64,000 nt of DNA, from the NCBI GenBank assembly GCA_043803405.1, contig JAZDKB010000016.1:32001-96000 (forward strand), written 5' to 3'. This DNA is from Spirochaetota bacterium (GTDB lineage: Bacteria; Spirochaetota; UBA4802; JAFGDQ01). This document shows positions 19,930 to 29,435 of this stretch, in pieces (within the stretch, counting starts at the first letter, position 1; each line of letters begins with the position of its first letter). The position numbers and the translations under genes were made by a program. The notes beneath the pieces were generated by a model that was not told where the DNA came from, searched no databases, and worked only from the letters and a program-made list of their open reading frames with translations.

Positions 19930-20100
19930 ATGAAAATATTATTAATAATACTATCAATCTTATTCGTTTCAATGTTCGCCTGTTCTTCATCTTCCGTTGC
20001 GGTACGCGACGGTCAGATTACTAATGGCATAAAACCCTTAATGGAAAAAAAGCACGATGAACAGAAGATCAATATAAGCGTACCCGTATACAATTTTTAA
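19930..20100 (+). CDS. Small putative lipoprotein, 56 aa (not in the ORF track)
   Basis: MKILLIILSILFVSMFACSSSSVAVRDGQITNGIKPLMEKKHDEQKINISVPVYNF; lipobox FAC; TTGACG-N17-TAAATT at 19833-19861. Confidence 0.65.
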   Translation: MKILLIILSILFVSMFACSSSSVAVRDGQITNGIKPLMEKKHDEQKINISVPVYNF

Positions 20101-20193
20101 TCTTACTGTACCAAGTTTACTATACGATTCTCTCTCAAAATCCGCAATCAGCAATAATTACACACATTAAAAATTCCCGATCAAAATTTATCC

Positions 20194-20221
20194 TTGAATT
20201 ATTGCAGTTAAGTGATATAAT
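20194..20221 (+). promoter_or_regulatory. Putative sigma70 promoter with extended -10
   Basis: TTGAAT-N16-TATAAT with TG one base upstream of the -10 box. Confidence 0.5.
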
Positions 20222-20264
20222 CTAAAAATTAAAATATATATAAATTCTTTAAATTTACTTTTAC

Positions 20265-21941
20265 ATGAATATTGATAAATTAACAATAGACAATATTTCC
20301 AGTACTATCTCTGAAGTCGTTGAGACAGCGAAAAATGTTAACAGGCTTTCTTATGTCAGGAAACAAATAACATCTGAAAGCCTTATGCTTCTCAAAGAAT
20401 TGATGGATAAAAATTTCGCTATAATTATTAATTATAAAGAAGTATTTAACAGTCTCCAGAATTACATTTCGGATATTACAAAAAATATTAATACTTACAG
20501 ATATAATATTAATTTATTTAAAGATATTGTTTCAAATGTAGATATAATTAAGAACAAATTAGTCACTATTACATCAAAAATAGAGGAGCTGACAGGTTTT
20601 GTTAATACAATAAAAAAAGATACGGAAGAGATCAATGTACTGGCTACAAATGCGGCTATTGTCTCAAGCAAATATAATACTTCCGTGTTTCAGATACTTT
20701 CCGCGAAATTCAACAGCATGTCAAACTACATCAATCAGAATCTCGAAAATATAATCAAGTATGTAAGCCCTATTAAAGACAGTATTGATAATTTAACAAA
20801 TATAAATTCCGTGGTTGTTTCAGATATCGAAAACGGTTATCACAGTTATCTTTTATTTTTAGAGAAATTCGGGCATCAGGAAAAAGTTGTTGATAAACAG
20901 GTTCAAAGAGCAGAACATTCAGGGGAGAAAATAGAAGACCAGAAGGAAATGCTTGCGAATATAAATAAAAAAATTCTGCAAATGGATGCTGATGCAGACA
21001 AGGCAATAGAAGGTTCTGGCAATAATATGAAAATCGGAGAAAGCCTTAAAAGCGCAGTCGAAGTCTTATACTCAGAAATAAACAACGGGATGTCTAATGG
21101 AAAATTTCGTAAAACTATCGATGTTCTTGCTGAGAAGGGTTCAACAATCAAACAAACTGCAACCCATGTTAATGAAAAATCAAAAAGTCAGCTTGATTTT
21201 TCATTAAGTTCACTTGAATTCTGCAAATCCATTATTGAGCAATCCAAAGAACTTGAAAAAACAATCAGTATTTTCAACAAACAATCTGTTGAAAATAATA
21301 AACTTGCGCTAAAAATCGGGACAAGCATAAACGATCTCATTAATCAATTGAATGAAATCGAAAAAAGAATCATCGAATCAAATGAAACATTAAAAAAGTT
21401 TATGGAGGATTATTTAAATATCTCCGACATTCTTTATATTTTAAAAGATATTTTAAAACTAATGAAAATAATCGGCATTTATTCCAGGATAGAAGCTTCC
21501 CGCGACCCTGTGGCCTATGAAGGCTTTTTAACAATATCAAAACACATTCAAAAACTGCAGAATAAAATCAAAAACAATATTCCAAAAATCGAAAGCAACA
21601 TTAAAGATACAAAAGCAATTATTGATCTTGTCAATGAATCATACCAGAATATTTCCGTCGAATTCAATAACATAAGGGAAAATTCAATATTCTTTACTAA
21701 CCAGTTAAAAGGCATTTCGCAGATAAGTACTGAAGCTGAAAATATCAGCGTTAACATTTTAAACGACTCGCTTAACCTTGACACTTTGCTTAGTGATCTG
21801 GAAAACTATTTAAATAAACTGACAGAAATAGTAAAAGAACCGATTGAAGGATCCGCTAAAAATATACAGCGTGGAAAATTCATAGAAGAAACAACTAATG
21901 AAATAAAAAAAATACTGCTGCAACAGACCGCGTTTACTTAG
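20265..21941 (+). CDS. Soluble MCP-like coiled-coil protein with two tandem degenerate signalling domains
   Basis: Hairpin-tip-like motifs INVLATNAAIVSSK and MKIIGIYSRIEASR...EGFLTIS; internal duplication; no TM. Confidence 0.7.
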   Translation: MNIDKLTIDNISSTISEVVETAKNVNRLSYVRKQITSESLMLLKELMDKNFAIIINYKEVFNSLQNYISDITKNINTYRYNINLFKDIVSNVDIIKNKLVTITSKIEELTGFVNTIKKDTEEINVLATNAAIVSSKYNTSVFQILSAKFNSMSNYINQNLENIIKYVSPIKDSIDNLTNINSVVVSDIENGYHSYLLFLEKFGHQEKVVDKQVQRAEHSGEKIEDQKEMLANINKKILQMDADADKAIEGSGNNMKIGESLKSAVEVLYSEINNGMSNGKFRKTIDVLAEKGSTIKQTATHVNEKSKSQLDFSLSSLEFCKSIIEQSKELEKTISIFNKQSVENNKLALKIGTSINDLINQLNEIEKRIIESNETLKKFMEDYLNISDILYILKDILKLMKIIGIYSRIEASRDPVAYEGFLTISKHIQKLQNKIKNNIPKIESNIKDTKAIIDLVNESYQNISVEFNNIRENSIFFTNQLKGISQISTEAENISVNILNDSLNLDTLLSDLENYLNKLTEIVKEPIEGSAKNIQRGKFIEETTNEIKKILLQQTAFT

Positions 21942-21944
21942 AGA

Positions 21945-22002
21945 GCGTCCTAAAACCTATATAACATTATAAGGTTTATCGAGACAATAGGTTTTGGGAC
22001 GC
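21945..22002. repeat. 16-bp inverted repeat between convergent genes (terminator or MITE relic)
   Basis: gcgtcctaaaacctat / ataggttttgggacgc, 15/16 complementary, 26-nt spacer. Confidence 0.7.
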
Positions 22003-22014
22003 AATTAAAACCAG

Positions 22015-22773
22015 CTATTTCTTTAAAAAAGGAGTAAGCAGATCAATCGGGATTGGAAATAGTGTTGTAGAGTTATTCTCTGCAGCTACCTCGCTTAAAG
22101 TCTGAAGATAACGGAGTTGAAGAGATATTGGATGTTCTTCCATTAACGCTGCTGCACTGACCATCTTTTCCGCTGCCTGGAATTCACCTTCTGCGTTTAT
22201 AACTTTTGCTCTTCTCTCTCTTTCTGCTTCAGCTTGTTTTGCCATTGCGCGCTGCATCTCCTGCGGAAGATCAACGTGCTTTATTTCTACCTTGGCTACT
22301 TTTACACCCCAGGGCTCCGTATCCTTATCAAGCGCATCCTGAAGCTGAATATTTATTTTATCTCTTTCACTAAGCAAATCATCCAACCCAACCATACCCA
22401 TTATGCTCCTTAGAGTTGTCTGAGCAAGCTGTGATGTTGCATAAAGATAATCCTCGACCTCGGTTATAGCTTTATTTGGTTCTACTACCCTGAAATAAAC
22501 TACAGCATTAACTTTTAGGGAAACATTATCTTTAGTTATAATATCCTGGGGCGGCACATCAAAGGCAACTAACCGCAAACTGACTCTTACCCATCTGTCT
22601 ATCATTGGTATTATCAGAATTATGCCCGGTCCTTTAGGACCCTTAGGTGGCACTATCATTCTGCCTAAACGGAACACCACGGCTCTTTCATATTCTTTTA
22701 AAATCTTTATGGAAGAAATAAGCAGAATAATTAATAAAAAGATCAATGTAATTATTGGACTTGCAATAAACAT
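22015..22773 (-). CDS. SPFH/stomatin-like (slipin) protein
   Basis: [50 protein letters not shown]. Confidence 0.95.
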   Translation of the reverse strand: MFIASPIITLIFLLIILLISSIKILKEYERAVVFRLGRMIVPPKGPKGPGIILIIPMIDRWVRVSLRLVAFDVPPQDIITKDNVSLKVNAVVYFRVVEPNKAITEVEDYLYATSQLAQTTLRSIMGMVGLDDLLSERDKINIQLQDALDKDTEPWGVKVAKVEIKHVDLPQEMQRAMAKQAEAERERRAKVINAEGEFQAAEKMVSAAALMEEHPISLQLRYLQTLSEVAAENNSTTLFPIPIDLLTPFLKK

Positions 22774-22810
22774 ATTATCCTCCTGCCGGTTTATTTAATT
22801 TTAAAAAAAT

Positions 22811-24121
22811 CTAATCGTTTTTTAATTTCTTAATAATCAAAGTCATGCCGTCATATCCTTCAACAATGACAGGATCATCCTTTTTTATGTCATCGTCGCT
22901 AAACGCATTCCAGTATTCGCCGTGAGCCATTATTTTACCGTATTTGTTAAAATCTGCAACCGCATTCCCTTTTTCACCTATCATTCCTTCAATACCGGTA
23001 GTAACCTTCCCGCGATGGGCAGCTAAAACCGATCTAATCAATACAAAGAAAAAAAGAAGCAGGAATATAACAACAATAATGATAGAAGCAATTGGAACAG
23101 ACATTCCGGGAAGCGGAGAGTCGAATAGTATCATTGAACCGAGAACGAAGCTGGCAATCCCGCCTATTGTAAGCAAACCATAGCTTACAAATTTTAGCTC
23201 TAAAATAAATAAGACAATAGAAATAATTATTAAAGAAAGACCTAGAATATTTATGGGAAGGACTCTGATAGTCAGTAAAAAAAGGAATAAGGCTATTCCC
23301 CCTAATGTGCCCGGAAAAATCATACCCGGATTTTTTACTTCCAGACCAATACCCACAACAGCAATTATAAATAAAAGGAAAACAAACTGCGGATCTGCCA
23401 GATAATTTAAAAATTTCTGAGTAAGATCCATTTCATAAACAGTTTCTTTTACATTCGTAGTATTCAGTAGAACAGGGTATCCGTCCATATTTACAATTCT
23501 GCCGTTTAATTTCTTTAAAAGATCATTCATATCATCAGCTATCAGATCAATCACACCAAGCTTTTTAGCTTCAATGTATGTACTGGAAATCGCATTTTTT
23601 ACTGCGTTCTCCGTCCATTGAATATTTCTGTTCCTTTTCTGAGAAAGGCTTCTCGCATACGCCAGGGTATCATTCAATACTTTTGTTTCCATGATGCCTT
23701 CGCTGCCATCCTCATTCTTTTTTCCGAAATCCAGGAATGGGCTTACGGGATGCATTGCTCCTATTTCGGTGCCTGGAGCCATGACGGCAATGTGAGCTGA
23801 AAGCATAATATAACCGCCGGCAGAGGCAGCCTGTGCTCCTTTGGGAAATGTGAAGACTACAACAGGAATTTTTGAAGAAAGAATTGCCTTAATGATTTCC
23901 CGCATGGAACTCATTAAACCGCCGGGTGTATCCATTTGAATCACAATAAAAAGACATTTCTCATTATTTGCTTTTTCAATGGAATTTACAATATGTTCTG
24001 CAATTATAGGATTAACTGTCCCGTCGAGTTTTATGGTTGCATATTTATTTTCAGTTGATCCGTTTAATAGCGAGAAAAAAGATATAAGAATAAATGTTAT
24101 AAGTATTATCAGTTTTTGCAT
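22811..24121 (-). CDS. NfeD long-form membrane serine protease
   Basis: DTPGG, AASAG, APGTEIGAMHP, multi-TM core, C-terminal OB fold (GEYWNA); adjacent to slipin. Confidence 0.93.
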   Translation of the reverse strand: MQKLIILITFILISFFSLLNGSTENKYATIKLDGTVNPIIAEHIVNSIEKANNEKCLFIVIQMDTPGGLMSSMREIIKAILSSKIPVVVFTFPKGAQAASAGGYIMLSAHIAVMAPGTEIGAMHPVSPFLDFGKKNEDGSEGIMETKVLNDTLAYARSLSQKRNRNIQWTENAVKNAISSTYIEAKKLGVIDLIADDMNDLLKKLNGRIVNMDGYPVLLNTTNVKETVYEMDLTQKFLNYLADPQFVFLLFIIAVVGIGLEVKNPGMIFPGTLGGIALFLFLLTIRVLPINILGLSLIIISIVLFILELKFVSYGLLTIGGIASFVLGSMILFDSPLPGMSVPIASIIIVVIFLLLFFFVLIRSVLAAHRGKVTTGIEGMIGEKGNAVADFNKYGKIMAHGEYWNAFSDDDIKKDDPVIVEGYDGMTLIIKKLKND

Positions 24122-24176
24122 TTATTTAACTGCATTTTATAAATTATATTCAAAATAAAAAGAACCGGATTAATTA

Positions 24177-24204
24177 GTTATATCAGTAAAATTGGAACTG
24201 TCAA
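24177..24204 (-). promoter_or_regulatory. Putative sigma70 promoter for nfeD-slipin
   Basis: Minus strand TTGACA-N16-TATAAC with extended TG. Confidence 0.5.
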
Positions 24205-24338
24205 GCTTAAATAAAAAACAATCTTCAGTTAAATTATAACTAATTTTTCCTGTTGCTGCTCTTTTTTGAGTTATATTGCTCCGATAATAAGTATACAGTT
24301 ATTACCATTTTAATAATTCAAATAAAAAAATAAATATT

Positions 24339-25709
24339 ATGATAATTTTTAATAAAAATCGATTCCGGCGTATAAACTTGTTACTTGTTAACTTTCTTAC
24401 ATTTTTATTATTGGTAAGTTACGCAGCGAATGGACAATCCACTGCTGCGTCAGATACGCAAAGACAAGAATTGCAACCGTTATTGAATGAATTGAATAGC
24501 TCGTTAACCGCGCTGAATGAAGGAAATGAAACTAATAAAATTAATGGGAAAGAAGAAAAAAAAACAGGCAGCGAAACAATTAGAGAGAATAAAGAAATAA
24601 TTACTCCTGAAAAACCTAAAGAAAAAACGGCAGAAAAACAAAAACCTGTAAAAATCGAAACAAACCCTGCAGAAAGAAGAAAAGCCGATTGGATAATTAA
24701 AACGATCGACAGCGGCATACACAAAGACAGGAAAAGCGCAATTAATCAAATACTGACAATAAAAGATCAGAGCTTAAAAAATGAGCTTGGAAAGAAATTA
24801 ATTGAGGTAATAAAAGATGAAGCTGAACTTGAAGTAAAGATTAAGGCAATAACAGTTATCGGAGAAATAAAAGTAAATGAAGCTGTGCCCGATTTACTTA
24901 ATTGTCTTAACGATGACTCTGAAGATGTAAAAGTAGCCGCAATATATGCAATAAAAAGAATAGGCGATATTTCAGCAAAACCAACACTAATAACAAAGCT
25001 TAAGGAACAAAAATTTGAAAACAGTTCTACATTGATAGAAGCACTTATTGATACACTTGGCGAGTTCAAGGCAATCGAATTATCTGCTTTTGCTGCTGAG
25101 ACTATAAAGAACACGAAAACCAACCAGATAGTCCGTGAGCTTTTAGTTCTCTTTCTCGGGAAGGTCGACTCAAAAGAATCGAAAGGCATACTCCTTGAAC
25201 TCCTGAATGACGAGGATGAGAATGAACAGATAAGAGCATTTGCGGTAAATTCGATTGCCAACCTGAAAATAAACGAAGCTATACCGGATATTGAGAAAGT
25301 CACTAAAACAATTGATTCATATCCTTTCAATAAAAAGAAAAAGTATTTTAATCTTTATATTTATTGCATTGCTGCCCTTGTAAAGCTTGGAGATGAAAAA
25401 GCGTTCCCATTGTTCTTAAACGCGTTAAGAAGCGACAATGCGGTAGTCAGGCTTAAAGCGGTTAAACTTGTCAAAGAAACAAAGGATAAAAGAACGATTG
25501 ACATATTAAAATATAAGATGCTTTATGATCCAAGCTTAAAAGTACAAAGCGCGGCAAAAGAAGCCCTGAAAGAGTTAGGTGTTGATATCGAATCAGTAAA
25601 AATTGAGAAATTAAGCGAAGAGAATGTTAAAAAATTAAATATTAAAAAGGAAGAATCCGCTGATAAAAAAGATTCTGCTGACGTATCTACTGATCCAGCG
25701 CAGGAATAG
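24339..25709 (+). CDS. Exported HEAT-repeat protein
   Basis: N-terminal hydrophobic segment; repeats such as LNDDSEDVKVAAIYAIKRIG and LRSDNAVVRLKAVKLV. Confidence 0.85.
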   Translation: MIIFNKNRFRRINLLLVNFLTFLLLVSYAANGQSTAASDTQRQELQPLLNELNSSLTALNEGNETNKINGKEEKKTGSETIRENKEIITPEKPKEKTAEKQKPVKIETNPAERRKADWIIKTIDSGIHKDRKSAINQILTIKDQSLKNELGKKLIEVIKDEAELEVKIKAITVIGEIKVNEAVPDLLNCLNDDSEDVKVAAIYAIKRIGDISAKPTLITKLKEQKFENSSTLIEALIDTLGEFKAIELSAFAAETIKNTKTNQIVRELLVLFLGKVDSKESKGILLELLNDEDENEQIRAFAVNSIANLKINEAIPDIEKVTKTIDSYPFNKKKKYFNLYIYCIAALVKLGDEKAFPLFLNALRSDNAVVRLKAVKLVKETKDKRTIDILKYKMLYDPSLKVQSAAKEALKELGVDIESVKIEKLSEENVKKLNIKKEESADKKDSADVSTDPAQE

Positions 25710-25711
25710 AC

Positions 25712-26122
25712 ATGAATAACACATCCAAAAAAATCAGCTTTGTAAACAGGCTGAAAAATTCCGCCAATATTTTCATTTTTATTTTTGTTTCTCTGATAGC
25801 TTCCCTTATTATAATGAATCTTTTAATACTTCCGGTTGCGGTTTTCTCAGTAAAAAACAAAATACTGTTTACATATATAGTAAAATATTTTTTCTGGCTT
25901 GCCATAATAGTATCTGCGGCCTGGCTGCTTGTAACTAAAGTTATATTTTATAAAAAAAACGAATTCAATAATAAACACATACTAAAAATTATTCTTTTAA
26001 AACCGCTTTTATTTCTGTTATATTTATTAATAATTTTTCTTATTATTTTTATAATGATTGCTTTGATTAATTTTATTCTCCAAAATAATTATTATTTACT
26101 TTATAAAATAATTAATTTATAA
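25712..26122 (+). CDS. Hypothetical three-TM membrane protein
   Basis: Three hydrophobic segments; starts 2 nt after the HEAT gene. Confidence 0.65.
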   Translation: MNNTSKKISFVNRLKNSANIFIFIFVSLIASLIIMNLLILPVAVFSVKNKILFTYIVKYFFWLAIIVSAAWLLVTKVIFYKKNEFNNKHILKIILLKPLLFLLYLLIIFLIIFIMIALINFILQNNYYLLYKIINL

Positions 26123-26132
26123 TACAATTACA

Positions 26133-27095
26133 GTGATAAACGACTTCGACAGATTTTTTCTGAATCTTCCGCCTTTTGACAGAGAATCGGATTTTTACTC
26201 TTTCTGGGATAAAGCTTTTGTTGACCTGAAAAGAATACCGATTGAACCTGCGATCGAAAAAAAAACAGGGCAAACATCTTCTAAATTCGATATCTATAAT
26301 ACGGTATTCAACGGCGCCGGTAAATATAAAGTAAAAGGCGAGCTGTATGTTCCAAAGAATATAGACAACCCAAAAATAATTATTCTTATTCACGATTATA
26401 ATCAGCCTTTTCAGCCGAATGAGGAGATAATTGATCCTGAACTGGCTTTTTTCTTTGTTCAACTGCGCGGTCATGAATTGCTTTTCAGTAAAGATCAAAA
26501 TAATACTAGTACCAGTAAAGAAGAAAAAAAACTACCCGGGTTTCTGACAGAGAACATCCTGGAGTTAAATAATTATTATATAAAAAATATTTATCTCGAT
26601 GCGTTCAGGTCAGTTGACTTTTTGAGACTGTTAAAAAAGGCTGATTGCAGCGGCATAGGAATAATAGGGAAAGGCCTGGGCGCTGCTGCTGCGGTTTTTG
26701 CTGCAGGTTCTTCGGAAAGGATCATATCGCTTGTGCTCGATACGCCTTCGTTCTGTTATCTTGAATTAAGCCAGAATATTTCCAAAAGCGATGCTACAAA
26801 TGAAATCAATTCTTTTCTTTCGGGCAACCGGAGCAGAAAGAAAGAAGTAAAAAAACACCTGTCTTATTTCGATGCGATTAACCATTCGGATAAAATTAAT
26901 ATTCCGGTTCTTGCTGCTGTGGGGTTAAAGGATACTTTGTCCCCGCCGGAATGTGTATTCGCGTTGTTTAATCATTTTCAGTGCGAAAAAACTATGGAAG
27001 TATATCCTGAAGATGATTATAATGCAGGCGGCGAGGAACAATTTAAAAAAGCGGTTAAATGGACAAAAAATATTTTATTGAGTGATGTTGACTAA
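26133..27095 (+). CDS. Acetyl xylan esterase / cephalosporin deacetylase (CE7)-like protein, probably inactive
   Basis: DFYSFW, HDY, LRGH, YLDAFRSVDFL, LSYFDAIN, GLKDTLSPP; nucleophile elbow reads GKGLG. Confidence 0.8.
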   Translation: MINDFDRFFLNLPPFDRESDFYSFWDKAFVDLKRIPIEPAIEKKTGQTSSKFDIYNTVFNGAGKYKVKGELYVPKNIDNPKIIILIHDYNQPFQPNEEIIDPELAFFFVQLRGHELLFSKDQNNTSTSKEEKKLPGFLTENILELNNYYIKNIYLDAFRSVDFLRLLKKADCSGIGIIGKGLGAAAAVFAAGSSERIISLVLDTPSFCYLELSQNISKSDATNEINSFLSGNRSRKKEVKKHLSYFDAINHSDKINIPVLAAVGLKDTLSPPECVFALFNHFQCEKTMEVYPEDDYNAGGEEQFKKAVKWTKNILLSDVD

Positions 27096-27103
27096 TAAAA
27101 ATT

Positions 27104-29155
27104 TTACGGAACAAAATATCCGCCCCACTCTACTCCGCGATGGCCTTTATAATTCACTTCTATTTTTATATCCGACCACCATCCCTTGATTATTGGTGTT
27201 TTATGTGAGGAATACGTAACAAGGTATCTGTATTCTTCAGCCTGTTTTATCCTGTCATATATGCTTCTTAAACCGTCAACATCGCTTGTCTTATAAACTG
27301 CGCCTCCGGTCTCACTGGCAATACGCTTCAGTAAAGGATCAATTTCTTTAAATGCAATAACATAAATCGGGATATAGTGGCTTTTTGCGTACTCTGTTAT
27401 GTATTCAGGCGAGTATTTCTCGAATGAATTTTTATGCACGCTCCCGTCCGAAATTAAAACAATTCCTCTTCTGTTTAGTTTAAGAAGAAGATTGCTTATC
27501 CCGTTATACAGGGCTTTATCTATTGCTTTGCCTTCGGAATATGTTCTTTTTCGCAGCGCTTTTGCTGTCCTTAATCTGCTCCAGTCAAAATCACTTCCTA
27601 CCCATGCATCTTTGTTAAAATTCATAAGCTGCAATGAATCATTTTTTTTCATCTTCTTTAAAATGAAATCCGATACCCAAGGAATATCATTATGGTAACC
27701 GGCAGCGTTCTCTGATCTGTCCACACACAGTACGGCAGAAACGGACGGATGCTCATTCTTTAAATAGTCAGAATAAATATTCGACATCGAAACATTATCT
27801 TCCAGTATTTTAAAATTAGTCCTGTCAAGATTATAAACCGGGCCGCCGCCGCGTTTGCGGACATTAAGATAAAAAGCCACAACTGGATATTTATCTGCTT
27901 CAACAGATGTCACTTCAATTTCAAGGTTTGTGTACACCGATTGCAGCGGAGAAAAAACAAAAATATTTTCCTGATTATAATCAAGGCAATACATAACCCC
28001 GTCTCTGTCGATATAAGAAGAAACAAGCTTGGAAAAACTTTTTTTTCCGTTATCCCAGGATTCAAATTTAGATATTGCACCGTTTTCCGGTGAATAAAAA
28101 ATCAATCCGGCCTTCTCGTCCGAAATTACCAGATTATTATTATAAATTCTTATGCCTCTCGGAATGCTGATGCCGCCCGGTGTTATATTTTTTACAAAAT
28201 TTCCTGAGTCATCAAAATTCGCAATGCGTTTGTTCCCAGTGTCGGTTACATAAACATTATCTTTCCGGACAAATATATTCGATGGATTATCAAGTTGTCC
28301 TTCATATTCTCCGGGTTCGCCGAATTTTAAAATGAAATTCCCGTCTTTATCGAACTTCTGTACCCGGTTGTTCCCGGAATCAACAACGTATATGTTACCA
28401 TCTTCATCAAGGCATAAACCCTTTGGCCCGTGAAAATTTCCGTCGGCCTTTCCTGAGGATCCTAACGATTTAATGAGTTTTAGGTTTTTATCGAGTATAT
28501 GAGCAACGTCCATTTTAAAATCGGATACAACTACTCTGCTTTTATTGCAGTCAACTCCATAGTACCTTGTTCCTGTTCCCTGGCTGAATACCGATTGTCC
28601 CTCGCCGTTGGAATTCAGTTTTATAAGCTTGCCTGAATAAAAAGATGTAATATATATATTCTTTTCAGAATCAATTGCCAGGTCAATTGGTTTTGGAAAT
28701 CTGAATCTGCCAAGATCGTCGGACTTGTACGAATCGGTATAAACATACTCATTTCGGCCAATTGCAAATTTAGTATGCATGTTCGCAGACATTCTGTATC
28801 TTAGTGAATCAAGCTTGTTCATTACAGATACATTTTTGGAAGACATGCCTGCAATGATCTCCCATTCTTTTATAGCTTCATTTACATAGCCGGCCAGTTT
28901 ATACGATCTCGCAAGGTATTCCCTTGCAGTATAATATTCGGGATAAACGGAAACAGCCTTTCTGAAATATTCAACAGCGGACAGATACTGCATGCGGTTA
29001 AAATATATAAAGCCTTTTTTAAAATGATCTTTTGCGGATTCGAATGTCGAAAGCTCACTTGATTCCGAGAAAGTGTTTTTAATATTAATAAAAGAAAATA
29101 TTAATAGAAGGATAATTAAGCTTATATGTTTTACTGTGTTTTTTTTACTTAACAT
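27104..29155 (-). CDS. Exported TPR + NHL-repeat + vWA-like protein
   Basis: Signal peptide; TPR; NHL FHGPKGLCLDEDGNIYVVDSGNNRVQKF; C-terminal vWA-like LCVDRS, VLISDG, LKRIASETGG. Confidence 0.85.
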   Translation of the reverse strand: MLSKKNTVKHISLIILLLIFSFINIKNTFSESSELSTFESAKDHFKKGFIYFNRMQYLSAVEYFRKAVSVYPEYYTAREYLARSYKLAGYVNEAIKEWEIIAGMSSKNVSVMNKLDSLRYRMSANMHTKFAIGRNEYVYTDSYKSDDLGRFRFPKPIDLAIDSEKNIYITSFYSGKLIKLNSNGEGQSVFSQGTGTRYYGVDCNKSRVVVSDFKMDVAHILDKNLKLIKSLGSSGKADGNFHGPKGLCLDEDGNIYVVDSGNNRVQKFDKDGNFILKFGEPGEYEGQLDNPSNIFVRKDNVYVTDTGNKRIANFDDSGNFVKNITPGGISIPRGIRIYNNNLVISDEKAGLIFYSPENGAISKFESWDNGKKSFSKLVSSYIDRDGVMYCLDYNQENIFVFSPLQSVYTNLEIEVTSVEADKYPVVAFYLNVRKRGGGPVYNLDRTNFKILEDNVSMSNIYSDYLKNEHPSVSAVLCVDRSENAAGYHNDIPWVSDFILKKMKKNDSLQLMNFNKDAWVGSDFDWSRLRTAKALRKRTYSEGKAIDKALYNGISNLLLKLNRRGIVLISDGSVHKNSFEKYSPEYITEYAKSHYIPIYVIAFKEIDPLLKRIASETGGAVYKTSDVDGLRSIYDRIKQAEEYRYLVTYSSHKTPIIKGWWSDIKIEVNYKGHRGVEWGGYFVP

Positions 29156-29229
29156 AATAAGTTTATCTTAAAGCTGGCTTTAGTGATATTAAATTACTCA
29201 ACTGGATTGACTTTTTTATTTTAGATTCA

Positions 29230-29353
29230 AGATAAATATCATAGTAATCATCGATTTTCTCGCCGCTAATGCATACATGCATACATCCTGTAAGAAGCGG
29301 CTCGCGACGGCATCCTGCCGCCTTAAAATTGATGATTACTATGATATTTATCT
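29230..29353. repeat. MITE-like element: 29-bp inverted repeats around a GC-richer core
   Basis: agataaatatcatagtaatcatcgatttt / aaaattgatgattactatgatatttatct, 28/29 complementary, 66-nt interior. Confidence 0.75.
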
Positions 29354-29435
29354 ATAATTTAAAGCTAACATTAAGAAAAAGTCAGCTTAAATAGCGTCTC
29401 CGAGTCACTCCGAACCGGTATTATGCCATAAATAG

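Noticed and set aside
24194..24221. Additional GGAACT boxes (here and at 17381-17386) as ECF promoters
   Set aside because: No GTCTAA-like -10 box at the 16-nt spacing
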